NCBI GenBank assembly: GCA_947451935.1
Contig: CANGBH010000005.1
Coordinates: forward strand, 2,685-66,684
Direction of reading: 5' to 3'
DNA length: 64,000 bases
From: Chitinophagaceae bacterium
GTDB taxonomy: Bacteria; Bacteroidota; Bacteroidia; Chitinophagales; Chitinophagaceae
The position numbers were made by a program, and so were the translations under genes. This document shows positions 37,436 through 46,786 of this stretch, piece after piece. Under the pieces are notes generated by a model that saw only the letters and a program-made list of their open reading frames with translations, had not been told where the DNA came from and made no database searches. How positions within the stretch are numbered: the stretch's first letter is position 1; each line of letters starts with the position of its first letter.

Positions 37436-38965
37436 TCAAAAGTCTAGTTTTGCGAAACAAATATAGTTCTTGTACATACAAGGTAGGATTACTTGCCTGA
37501 GTCCAACCTGTTTTCCATATTTTGGTATGAACTCGTAGTCTCTATTGAGATTTTTAAGTGTAGGCTGCCTTTTTATTTTGCCATCGCTATCTACGCTAAC
37601 GCTGTTGAGTAAAAACTCTCTTTTTTCTTTTTGGTTAAATAGAAATCGTAGATCTGCTCCTGTATTAAATAGCTGATAAGAAAGATAGGAATCAGTATTG
37701 TCGTCAAATTGACTTTTCCTTATTGTATTATTCCATCGTAATGATCCATCAGCTTCAAAGAAAAAAACCATTATATTCCCACACGTATATCGAACTTGAT
37801 TGCCCATATTAAATCTATTAAAAGGGTCATAATACCCCATATAATTAAACCTATTGAATGGACTGTAGTAGCCATAGCTATATGGGAAAAACATATTATT
37901 ACCATACAAGTAATCATATCTGTTCCATACATTAGACTTGGAACTTGAGTAATATAATTCAGTAGTTACTGCATAACCACCATCTTGGAGGGGAATGACT
38001 TGTTTTATAAAATGATCATTGAAAGCAGTTTTGAGTGCACCAGATTCTCCTTTTGCATCTAATCGGATGCTATCATTAAATTGAAAACTTGTTTCACTTA
38101 AAATGGTTTGATTTTTTTTATCCCAAATCATAGAATAGATGCCGTCAATATTACTTTTCTTTAATTTATAGTACAAGGAAGTGGTAATAATGCGTTTATT
38201 ATAATTGTCAAATTTGATTTTGACTTCATCCAACGTCTTGTCGTCTAAATTGGCAGGGATGAGAGTAGGCCTATCTTCATCTGCTTTTTTAAATAATAAC
38301 TCAAATTTGTTTATATATTCTCTATTTCCTGACCTGCCGCATAATCCAACTACGAAGTCACCATCATTGTCTAACAAGAAATCTGTAAACAGCCCATCCT
38401 TATTGTTTACTTGAAGGGTGAAAACACTTCTTTTTATCAAACTCATTTGATTGTCGTATAATAAGGAAGTTATTTGGTATCCTTTTTCATGTTGGCGCTT
38501 CACCTTAAATACAAGGATCTTTTTTTTGTCATCGCTATTGATTACACTATAAATTTTATTTTCACTTGATCCTGAAATTTGTGTGGTGTCAAGTTCAACA
38601 GCCTCTGTCATTAATTTTCCTTCACCATTTAGTTTGATCATTTCGCAGTGAAGGATATTCTTTTTTTGATATTGATAAATCATATAATAAAAATCTCCAT
38701 AGGCTACAAAATCTACATTGGTAATTCGTTCTGGTAAAAATTCCATCCTAATTCTGTTTTTCAACTCCATCTCGTTGTTGTAAATACAGATATCGTGACT
38801 ATTCCTGTTGTTTTTATAAATGCTATAATTCCCAGATACTTTACCGATGATCTCAAAGTTCATGTCTTTGGTATCATCCCTGTCTGGAATAGAGTAATTG
38901 ATATTTTGTGCCTGTAGAATCCCTGCCCAAAGCATCAAAAAGGAGATGAATACTGTATTTTTCAT
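37436..38965 (-). CDS. Uncharacterised secreted all-beta protein
   Basis: Signal peptide MKNTVFISFLMLWAGILQAQ (start moved to ATG 38965). N/Y/D/K-rich strand-like periodicity with recurrent D-G-x-hydrophobic turns. Ends ...FAKLDF. No family recognised. Confidence 0.6.
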   Translation of the reverse strand: MKNTVFISFLMLWAGILQAQNINYSIPDRDDTKDMNFEIIGKVSGNYSIYKNNRNSHDICIYNNEMELKNRIRMEFLPERITNVDFVAYGDFYYMIYQYQKKNILHCEMIKLNGEGKLMTEAVELDTTQISGSSENKIYSVINSDDKKKILVFKVKRQHEKGYQITSLLYDNQMSLIKRSVFTLQVNNKDGLFTDFLLDNDGDFVVGLCGRSGNREYINKFELLFKKADEDRPTLIPANLDDKTLDEVKIKFDNYNKRIITTSLYYKLKKSNIDGIYSMIWDKKNQTILSETSFQFNDSIRLDAKGESGALKTAFNDHFIKQVIPLQDGGYAVTTELYYSSSKSNVWNRYDYLYGNNMFFPYSYGYYSPFNRFNYMGYYDPFNRFNMGNQVRYTCGNIMVFFFEADGSLRWNNTIRKSQFDDNTDSYLSYQLFNTGADLRFLFNQKEKREFLLNSVSVDSDGKIKRQPTLKNLNRDYEFIPKYGKQVGLRQVILPCMYKNYICFAKLDF

Positions 38966-39033
38966 GTTTGTGGTATTGTTCCTTAAAATTACGCGAACAC
39001 ATTCAAACAAACTTTTATCGAGCCTCTTTTCTC

Positions 39034-39104
39034 GTAAACAAGCACTTTTTTTATATAAATTTTAATTTTTGAGCTCATTTGTAAAACAAGCAATTTTTCA
39101 TATA
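39034..39104. repeat. Imperfect about 22-nt direct repeat (GTAAACAAGCACTTTTTTTATA / GTAAAACAAGCAATTTTTCATATA)
   Basis: Copies start at 39034 and 39081, in the divergent intergenic region between the secreted-protein gene and kup. Confidence 0.7.
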
Positions 39105-39110
39105 GCTTTG
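39103..39110 (+). promoter_or_regulatory. Candidate -7 box (TAGCTTTG) for kup
   Basis: Exact TAnnTTTG match only 2 nt before the GTG at 39113. If functional, it favours the in-frame GTG at 39146 as the real kup start. Confidence 0.25.
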
Positions 39111-39112
39111 TT

Positions 39113-41167
39113 GTGCCATTTTATGGCAACATAATTTCTGCTACAGTGAGTAAAAATTTAAACAAGGTAACCGGCGCTGGGTTACTAATCGCATTAGGTA
39201 TCATTTACGGAGACATAGGAACTTCTCCACTTTACGTTTTTAGCGCCATAATAAACGGAAGAGTAATTACTGAAGATTTAATCTTAGGGGGTATTTCATG
39301 TATAATATGGACCCTAACCCTACAGACTACTATAAAATACGTGATTCTGACACTTAGGGCAGACAACCGTGGTGAGGGTGGAATCTTCTCACTTTATACC
39401 TTAGTACGGCGAAGAAAGAAATGGTTGGTTGCTCCTGCAATGATTGGAGGTGCAGCCCTGCTGGCTGATGGTATGATTACTCCCCCCATCTCTGTAACCT
39501 CTGCTGTAGAGGGTTTAACTCAATTACCAAGGTTTGCTGCCATTAAGGAAATGGAAATTGTATATATCGTTTTGGGTATATTGGCGTTTCTGTTCTTTAT
39601 GCAGCAATTTGGAACTGCTACCATTGGAAAAATGTTTGGACCGATCATGTTTATATGGTTCCTCATGTTGGCTGTTCTTGGAATAATGGATATTTCATTG
39701 GACTGGAATATCTTAAAGGCTTTTAGCCCACACTACGCTGTAAATTTATTGGTCAATTACCCCAAAGGATTTTGGATATTAGGCGCTGTATTTCTCTGTA
39801 CCACAGGTGCTGAAGCATTATATTCAGATCTAGGGCATTGCGGAAAGAATAATATCCGTTTTTCATGGATTGGCGTAAAACTTTGCTTGATTTTGAATTA
39901 CCTCGGACAAGGGGCTTACTTGCTGGGAGAGCAAGGCAAACTATATGCCAATAGTAGTTTAATGAAGGAAGCTGGTTTCCTTGCGGCCAATCCCACTGCA
40001 TTACCACTTCAAAATCCTTTTTTCGCAGTAATGCCACATTCGTTTTTGCTTATTGGCATCATCATTGCAACGGCTGCAGCAATTATTGCAAGCCAAGCTT
40101 TGATAAGTGGGTCATTTACATTGATTAGTGAAGCCATGCGGTTAAACTTATGGCCTCGATTTAAAATAAATTATCCTTCTGAAGAAAGAGGACAGTTGTT
40201 TATCCCGGCTATTAATGCCCTTCTTTTTCTCGGATGTTGCGGTATAGTACTGTATTTCAAAAATTCAGGTAATATGGAAGCTGCGTATGGCCTTGCCATC
40301 ACGTTGTGTATGATTGCCACATCTATTCTTTTTGCAAACTATCTGGTGCTCCATCGAGTGAGTTCAATATGGATTTATCTCTACTTGATTGTTTATTTCA
40401 GCATTGAATTTAGTTTTCTATTTGCAAACCTTGATAAGTTTCCACATGGGGGATTTGTAACACTGATTGTTGGAGGCCTTCTATTTCTTATCATGTACGT
40501 TTGGTTTAAATCTCGGAAAATTAAAAACAGGTATGTGGAATTTTCTAGGTTGGAAAATTATCTCCCAGTATTACAGGAGTTAAGTAATGACTCTTCTATC
40601 AATAAATATGCAACTCATTTAGTGTATTTGAGCAGTGCAAATAATCCTAAAGAGATCGAATATAAAATAATTCACTCCATATTGAATAAGAAGCCTAAAA
40701 GGGCTGATATATACTGGTTTGTGCATGTTGATACTCTTGATGATCCATATACATGCGAATATGAAGTGCAAACTATCATTCCTAATGAAGTGATTCGTAT
40801 TGATTTTCGTCTAGGGTTTAGGGTACAACCTAAAGTCAATTTAATGTTTAGAAAGGTTGTAGAAGACATGGTGTCTAACAAGGAAGTTAACATTGTTTCA
40901 CGTTACGATAGCCTTCAACGAAATAATATTGCGGGAGATTTTGAATTTGTGGTGATGGAGAAATTCTTGAGTCAAGATAATGAGCTCCCATTCTGGGAAA
41001 GAGTTGTAATGAAGTTGTATTTCTGGCTGAAAGAAGTTTCTCTTTCAGAAGAAAAAGGGTTTGGGCTAGATGCAAGCAATGTAACGTTAGAAAAATTTCC
41101 GTTGGTGGTTGCCCCTGTAAAGACGTTGAAATTAAAGAGAATTTATACTGGCGAAGAAGCAGAATAA
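39113..41167 (+). CDS. kup: KUP/HAK/KT family potassium transporter
   Basis: GLLIALGIIYGDIGTSPLY signature near the N-terminus. 12-TM core plus cytoplasmic C-terminal domain. The start may be GTG 39146 (MSKNLNKVTGAG...). Confidence 0.9.
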   Translation: MPFYGNIISATVSKNLNKVTGAGLLIALGIIYGDIGTSPLYVFSAIINGRVITEDLILGGISCIIWTLTLQTTIKYVILTLRADNRGEGGIFSLYTLVRRRKKWLVAPAMIGGAALLADGMITPPISVTSAVEGLTQLPRFAAIKEMEIVYIVLGILAFLFFMQQFGTATIGKMFGPIMFIWFLMLAVLGIMDISLDWNILKAFSPHYAVNLLVNYPKGFWILGAVFLCTTGAEALYSDLGHCGKNNIRFSWIGVKLCLILNYLGQGAYLLGEQGKLYANSSLMKEAGFLAANPTALPLQNPFFAVMPHSFLLIGIIIATAAAIIASQALISGSFTLISEAMRLNLWPRFKINYPSEERGQLFIPAINALLFLGCCGIVLYFKNSGNMEAAYGLAITLCMIATSILFANYLVLHRVSSIWIYLYLIVYFSIEFSFLFANLDKFPHGGFVTLIVGGLLFLIMYVWFKSRKIKNRYVEFSRLENYLPVLQELSNDSSINKYATHLVYLSSANNPKEIEYKIIHSILNKKPKRADIYWFVHVDTLDDPYTCEYEVQTIIPNEVIRIDFRLGFRVQPKVNLMFRKVVEDMVSNKEVNIVSRYDSLQRNNIAGDFEFVVMEKFLSQDNELPFWERVVMKLYFWLKEVSLSEEKGFGLDASNVTLEKFPLVVAPVKTLKLKRIYTGEEAE

Positions 41168-41169
41168 AA

Positions 41170-41243
41170 ATAGCCACGTGGTAATGTGGCTATACAGAAA
41201 ATAGTTTTTTTGAAAGGGAAGAGCCAGCATCATGCTGGCTCTT
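41170..41243. terminator. Pair of hairpins between convergent kup and the LolA-like gene
   Basis: Hairpin 1 is ATAGCCAC/GTGGCTAT (41170-41193), with a T-run on the minus strand. Hairpin 2 is AAGAGCCAGC/GCTGGCTCTT (41219-41243), with a T-run on the plus strand. Confidence 0.55.
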
Positions 41244-41258
41244 TTATGTTAAGTATTA

Positions 41259-41975
41259 TTATTGTTGTACTTTGAAAACAGAATCATCTATTTTTGGATT
41301 CACTTCAATCTTACTGAAATTAATAGGTGCAGGCAATTGATTATTTTCCATAGTAAATGGAACTACTATGCCCTCAGGTAATTTTTGATAATTGCTTAAT
41401 GTCACGGAAGACTCTATTTCTTGACCGTTTACTATAATATTACTTACAGTTTTAACTACATAAAATGTTTTAGGATCAATTAGAATAAAAGATTCCCTGC
41501 CACTTTTTCTTGTCAGCTTTAGTTTTAAACAAAGAGTGCCATCAACATCCTCGCTTTCTAGTATTTGAACGTTATGCCCCTTTTGCTTGTAATCTAATAG
41601 TTCACCTTGAATGTCCAGCTGCTCTTTTCCGATATTCAACTCTTCTTGGGACATCGGTTCTGGTTTGCTTTGTCCCTGCATTGGATTGAAATTCCATCCA
41701 CCATCAACACTAATAATGGAATATCCACTCATTCCCATTACGGAGTATTCTTGTTTAGCAGCTTTGTTGTGAACCTGAGTTATTACTACTGGAATCTCAA
41801 TTCCCTGGGTATTAAGCGTTGCTTCTGATCTCATCGACTGAATTTTTCTCCAGTTTTCTTTCCCTCCGATTGCATCTATGTTCTTATTTACAATGTCATC
41901 TGCAGTTTGTGAAATAGCATAGCTAGAAAAAAATAGACCAGCAAAGGCCACTAATAAAGTTTTAAATAATTTCAT
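41259..41975 (-). CDS. Secreted LolA-like (outer-membrane lipoprotein-sorting-like) protein
   Basis: Signal peptide then TADDIVNKNIDAIGGKENWRKIQS. This pattern recurs in Bacteroidota proteins usually annotated as LolA-like or hypothetical. Assignment is from memory only. Confidence 0.5.
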   Translation of the reverse strand: MKLFKTLLVAFAGLFFSSYAISQTADDIVNKNIDAIGGKENWRKIQSMRSEATLNTQGIEIPVVITQVHNKAAKQEYSVMGMSGYSIISVDGGWNFNPMQGQSKPEPMSQEELNIGKEQLDIQGELLDYKQKGHNVQILESEDVDGTLCLKLKLTRKSGRESFILIDPKTFYVVKTVSNIIVNGQEIESSVTLSNYQKLPEGIVVPFTMENNQLPAPINFSKIEVNPKIDDSVFKVQQ

Positions 41976-42220
41976 ATTTGTGTGTTTATGTTTGCAATTT
42001 AGGAACCTTTTAGTTTAATGAATAAGGAGCAGAGCTTATTTTTCATTTTTTTTATGAACGGTTATTCCTATTGCAGAAAACCATGGATTGTCAGTCTTTG
42101 ACATTCCACTCACCTGTTCATTTATAACTTTCAAGTGAATCTAAGCATGAAACAGTTTTATCAGTATGGCTTGTACTTCTATTGTTTTTTGTTAATTTGG
42201 TAGAGGTTAAATGATTGTAT

Positions 42221-43528
42221 ATGACAAAACGTGTTTGTGTTATTGGTGCTGGTCCCTCAGGTATTACTGCTGCAAAGAATCTTTTAGATGAAGGGCATCA
42301 TGTGGTAGTATATGATTTGGGAAAAGAAGTAGGAGGAAACTGGGTGTTCAATGAAAAAATTGGGCATAGTTCTGTCTTTGAAACCACTCATATCATTTCT
42401 TCTAAAACATTAAGTGAGTATGCTGACTTCCCAATGCCTGAAGACTATCCTGATTATCCATCACATAGTCAATTAGCCGCTTATTTTCAGTCCTATGCCA
42501 GGCATTTCAATCTTTATGGGTTTATTCAATTCAATACCCTTGTAAAACATTGTGAACAGACAGTTGATCAGAAATGGCTGGTTACTACGGTGCAAAACAA
42601 TACCGAATCGCAGGAAATTTTTGACGCATTAGCCATTTGCAATGGACACCATTGGCTTCCTAGAATGCCTCAATACAAGGGGTCTTTCACGGGTGAGTTT
42701 ATCCATTCGCATGAAGTAAAAAAGTTTTCACATTTCAAAGACAAAAGGGTACTTGTTATTGGTGGAGGAAATTCAGCATGTGATGTCGCGGTAGAGAGTA
42801 GTAGGGTGGCTTCTTCTGTTGATATCAGTTGGAGGCGTGGATATTGGATTGCTCCAAAATTTATTATGGGGAAACCCGCAGATGTATTCAGCACAAAGAT
42901 TCATTGGTTGCCCAGAAAAATTTGGCAAAAGGTTTCCGCAATGAGTCTATATTTTAGAAACGGAAAGAATTCTGCATACGGTTTGCCAGAACCTGAAGGA
43001 CCATTAGGCTCTCATCACCCTACAATTAATGAAGATCTTTTCTTTACCATAAAGCATGGGAAAATAAAACCTCAAGTGGATATTGATTATCTAGATGGAA
43101 ATGATGTTTATTTTAAAGATGGTAAGAAAGGAACGTATGATATTATCGTTGCCTGTACTGGCTATATAATTAGTCATCCTTTTTTTGATCGAAACTTAAT
43201 TGATTATACCGAAGGAGAAGTGCCTTTATGGTTAAAGATGATTCATCCAACCATCGATAATATATATTTTATCGGATTGTTTCAACCGTTAGGTTGTATA
43301 TGGCCTGGATCAGAGTTGCAAAGTAAAATTATGTCAAGGGAGTTGGCAGGAGAGTGGCATAGACCAAAGAATATTCAGAAGCACGTTGATGAAGAGTTAG
43401 AGCACCCAGACTTTCATCAAATCAACACACCTAGGCATACTATTACTGTTGATTTTCATCGGTTCAGAAAACGCTTACTTCGTCAGCTGCCCAAAAATTA
43501 CATTCGACATGAAGTTAGAACTCATTAA
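42221..43528 (+). CDS. Flavin-containing monooxygenase (class B, FMO/BVMO-like)
   Basis: FAD fingerprint VCVIGAGPSG. FMO-type motif FTGEFIHSHEV. Second dinucleotide fingerprint VLVIGGGNSACD. ATG at 42221. Confidence 0.85.
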   Translation: MTKRVCVIGAGPSGITAAKNLLDEGHHVVVYDLGKEVGGNWVFNEKIGHSSVFETTHIISSKTLSEYADFPMPEDYPDYPSHSQLAAYFQSYARHFNLYGFIQFNTLVKHCEQTVDQKWLVTTVQNNTESQEIFDALAICNGHHWLPRMPQYKGSFTGEFIHSHEVKKFSHFKDKRVLVIGGGNSACDVAVESSRVASSVDISWRRGYWIAPKFIMGKPADVFSTKIHWLPRKIWQKVSAMSLYFRNGKNSAYGLPEPEGPLGSHHPTINEDLFFTIKHGKIKPQVDIDYLDGNDVYFKDGKKGTYDIIVACTGYIISHPFFDRNLIDYTEGEVPLWLKMIHPTIDNIYFIGLFQPLGCIWPGSELQSKIMSRELAGEWHRPKNIQKHVDEELEHPDFHQINTPRHTITVDFHRFRKRLLRQLPKNYIRHEVRTH

Positions 43529-44297
43529 AAAATTACAGCCCGAGGGCACAGAAAAAGGAAATATTCTCTTTATTCATGGGGCGTGTATGGCTGCGTGGGT
43601 TTGGGAAAAGAATTTTATGCCTTATTTTTTTAATCAAGGGTATAATGTTTTTGCCGTTAGTTTACGCAATCATGGCGCGTCTGAGAACAATGATCAACTT
43701 CGATGGACAAGTGTATTGGATTATGTAAAAGACATCGAACAGGTTATTCATGAAATTGGTAAGCCCGTCTTTTTAGTTGGACATTCCATGGGAGGCTTCA
43801 TTTCTCAACATTATATTAATCAAAGTGAAGAAAATATAAAGGGGATTATATTGATATGTTCCGCTCCTAGTCATGGATCGTGGAGTCTAGCTGGAAGATT
43901 GTTCCAGAAAGCACCATTGCAATTTATTATTTCTACTTTTCGGTTTAGTTGGCTACCGATTATGAATAATCGAAAACTACTTAAGTCTGTCATGTTATCA
44001 CCTGATTTTCCTGATGAACGTATGCCTTCCTTAGCAAGTCAATTACAAGAGGAATCTTTCTTGGCATTTCTTGAGATGCTTTTTTGGAGACTTCCAAAAG
44101 TTAAAAAATCAACAGTTCCAGTGATGATTGTAGGGGCCGAAAATGATTTTTTAGTTTCTATGAAGGATACTGTTCGTATGGCTGTTTCTTATGGCGTTGA
44201 ACCACTTCTTATAGAAAATGCCTCGCATTGTTTCATGCTTGAACCTGAATGGGAAAATACAGCTGATAAAATCAATTATTTTTTAGGCCTTCATTGA
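43509..44297 (+). CDS. Alpha/beta hydrolase
   Basis: HG oxyanion motif (LFIHGACMAA). Nucleophile elbow GHSMGG. C-terminal His (ASHCFMLE). ATG 43509 overlaps the FMO 3' end by 20 nt. Confidence 0.8.
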   Translation: MKLELIKKLQPEGTEKGNILFIHGACMAAWVWEKNFMPYFFNQGYNVFAVSLRNHGASENNDQLRWTSVLDYVKDIEQVIHEIGKPVFLVGHSMGGFISQHYINQSEENIKGIILICSAPSHGSWSLAGRLFQKAPLQFIISTFRFSWLPIMNNRKLLKSVMLSPDFPDERMPSLASQLQEESFLAFLEMLFWRLPKVKKSTVPVMIVGAENDFLVSMKDTVRMAVSYGVEPLLIENASHCFMLEPEWENTADKINYFLGLH

Positions 44298-45006
44298 ATT
44301 TAGCTTTAAACTGAGATGCCCTAATCACCACAACTGGTTTCTTATTTACTACATTCAACTCTATTAAGTCTTTGGATATTGGGTTGTTAACATCCTGAAT
44401 AGTAATTTTCAAACTTGAAAATGGATGCCAATTCATCTGTGCATCTACGTCAACGTGGGTGCATAATCTGATACTATTTAAAAAAGAATAGGTCATTAAA
44501 TCCATTGACGGAATCGGTATCCCTACTCCCATAGACCCTTCACATATTACCTGGTCTTTGCTTGTTGTAGTGTCTGTAATTTTTGTAGTGATATGATTCT
44601 TTAAGAATCGATGTTCAATGTTCGCCACAATTTTTGGATATCCCCAAATATCCCTTCCAGCAATCATAGACTGGTTCGATGTAACAGGAATGTGTAAAAT
44701 GTATTGTCCTAATTTTCTTTTATGTAATGGAGTATATAGTTGAAGCCAATTTAGAATGCTTGAAGGTTCTGATATAGGCACTACTGGAATAGCAAGAATA
44801 ACTTCATTGTATGCACCTAGATCTGAATCTTTATATTCAATTAATCCAACAGCTATAATGGGATTTCCATTAAGTGATAAGCCAGCCTTTAAGCCAGTGC
44901 CAAGCAATTTTTCTTCTACAGCTTTTTTATTTCCCATATAGAGAGCGGCAACATAGTCGACATTACGAAATTCAACTGGGAATGAATAGGCCGTTGAAGA
45001 ATTCAT
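44272..45006 (-). CDS. Acetoacetate decarboxylase (ADC) family protein
   Basis: 244 aa. AYNEVILAIPV and GRDIWGYPK segments resemble the ADC-family core containing the catalytic Lys. 3' end overlaps the hydrolase gene by 26 nt. Confidence 0.65.
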   Translation of the reverse strand: MNSSTAYSFPVEFRNVDYVAALYMGNKKAVEEKLLGTGLKAGLSLNGNPIIAVGLIEYKDSDLGAYNEVILAIPVVPISEPSSILNWLQLYTPLHKRKLGQYILHIPVTSNQSMIAGRDIWGYPKIVANIEHRFLKNHITTKITDTTTSKDQVICEGSMGVGIPIPSMDLMTYSFLNSIRLCTHVDVDAQMNWHPFSSLKITIQDVNNPISKDLIELNVVNKKPVVVIRASQFKAKFNEGLKNN

Positions 45007-45009
45007 ATT

Positions 45010-45432
45010 TTATGATTGTCTAAGTCGGTCTGTACTGCTTAGCAATTTTTCGTCTTTACGAATTCCTCTGTATGAAAAAGACAAAAATAAAATGATAAAG
45101 AATGGAAGGATTGCACTAATCTGCCAATGTCCTTGTTTGATTCCAAAATTAGATTTAAAATTTTCAATTTGAAGATATTCTAATGCAACTATTCCAAGTG
45201 CCACGCATATGTTCAAGATGATTAATTGTTTTTGTGTGCTCCTTTTTTTAAAGAAAAAGATTGTTGCGAAGGATATTAATCCAGAAAAAACCACAACCAA
45301 TAGAAGTAATAGGCTTTCAGTGATGAAGAAGTATTTTCCTGTTTCTTCATCACTGAAAACTGGAAGAAACCAGACTAGTGCAGCAGTTGATGTAGCTAAT
45401 AAAAGCCAAAGGCTCTGGATTCTTTGTATCAT
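45010..45432 (-). CDS. DUF4293-like small membrane protein
   Basis: 140 aa with 4 predicted TM helices. N-terminus MIQRIQSLWLLL matches my recollection of the DUF4293 family. Confidence 0.6.
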   Translation of the reverse strand: MIQRIQSLWLLLATSTAALVWFLPVFSDEETGKYFFITESLLLLLVVVFSGLISFATIFFFKKRSTQKQLIILNICVALGIVALEYLQIENFKSNFGIKQGHWQISAILPFFIILFLSFSYRGIRKDEKLLSSTDRLRQS

Positions 45433-45442
45433 ATTTTTTTAT

Positions 45443-46723
45443 TTATCCAAGTTCAGGATAGAGCGGGAACTGTTTCATGAATGATTTCACATCATCTTTC
45501 ACTGAAGCTATTATTGTTTCATCATCAGCATTCATCAACACTTTATCAATCATATCTGCTACAGTTTGCATATCCTGCGTCTTCAATCCACGAGTTGTGA
45601 TAGCCGGTACACCAATCCTGATTCCGGATGTAACAAATGGACTTTTATCATCAAATGGTACAGCATTTTTATTCAATGTAATGTGAGCTCTGTCCAGTGT
45701 TTCTTGAGCCTTTTTACCTGTTATATTTTTATTTCTCAAGTCAATCAACATCAAATGGTTGTCAGTACCATTACTAATCAGATGATATCCTTTGTCTGTA
45801 AATGCTTTTGCAATAGTTTGAGCATTAACTTGTACTTGTTGTTGATATGCTTTGAAAGAAGGATCAAGAATCTCTCCGAATGCTACTGCTTTCGCAGCAA
45901 TGACATGTTCAAGTGGTCCACCTTGCATACCTGGGAAAACAGCTAAGTCTAACAAAGCACTCATGCTTCTTATATTCCCTTTCGGGTCTTTTATGCCAAA
46001 TGGGTTATCAAAATCATGTCTAATCATGATAACACCACCTCTTGGACCCCTTAGTGTCTTATGGGTCGTTGAGGTTACAATATGACAATGATCGAATGGG
46101 TCATTTAGTAATCCTGCAGCAATGAGACCGGCAGGATGTGCGATATCAGCTAAAACTAATGCGCCTATTTCATCTGCAACTGCTCGAATTCTTGCGTAAT
46201 CCCAATCGCGACTGTATGCTGATGCACCACAGATGATCATTTTGGGTTTTTCAGCGCGTGCTGTTTGCTCAAGCTGTTCATAATTAACCAAACCGGTTTC
46301 ACGGTCTACTCCATAAAAGAAAGCTTGGTAGGTTTTACCGCTGAAATTGGCTGGACTTCCATGTGTTAAGTGGCCACCCATGCTTAAATCAAGTCCTAAT
46401 ATCTTGTCTCCAGGCTTTAGGCAAGCAAGAAAAACAGCTGTATTGGCCTGTGCACCACTATGTGGTTGAACGTTTGCCCAATTTGCGTTAAAGACTTGCT
46501 TTAGTCTGTCGATAGCAAGTGTTTCAATTTCGTCTACTACTTCACATCCTCCATAATATCGTTTACCTGGGTACCCTTCTGCATATTTATTAGTCGCTAC
46601 TGAACCCATGGCTTGCATAACCTGAAGTGAAGTAAAGTTCTCAGATGCAATTAGCTCTATTCCTTCGCGTTGTCTTTTGAGTTCTTTGTTGAGCAGGTCG
46701 AAAATCATGGTATCCTTGTGCAT
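45443..46723 (-). CDS. glyA: Serine hydroxymethyltransferase
   Basis: 426 aa. [21 protein letters not shown] and PLP-lysine context [14 protein letters not shown]. Confidence 0.96.
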   Translation of the reverse strand: MHKDTMIFDLLNKELKRQREGIELIASENFTSLQVMQAMGSVATNKYAEGYPGKRYYGGCEVVDEIETLAIDRLKQVFNANWANVQPHSGAQANTAVFLACLKPGDKILGLDLSMGGHLTHGSPANFSGKTYQAFFYGVDRETGLVNYEQLEQTARAEKPKMIICGASAYSRDWDYARIRAVADEIGALVLADIAHPAGLIAAGLLNDPFDHCHIVTSTTHKTLRGPRGGVIMIRHDFDNPFGIKDPKGNIRSMSALLDLAVFPGMQGGPLEHVIAAKAVAFGEILDPSFKAYQQQVQVNAQTIAKAFTDKGYHLISNGTDNHLMLIDLRNKNITGKKAQETLDRAHITLNKNAVPFDDKSPFVTSGIRIGVPAITTRGLKTQDMQTVADMIDKVLMNADDETIIASVKDDVKSFMKQFPLYPELG

Positions 46724-46786
46724 GGGTATTTTTTTGCGAAGTTACCTTTCAAAATAGAAACAAAGCACCTTCTCTATTATCATTTT

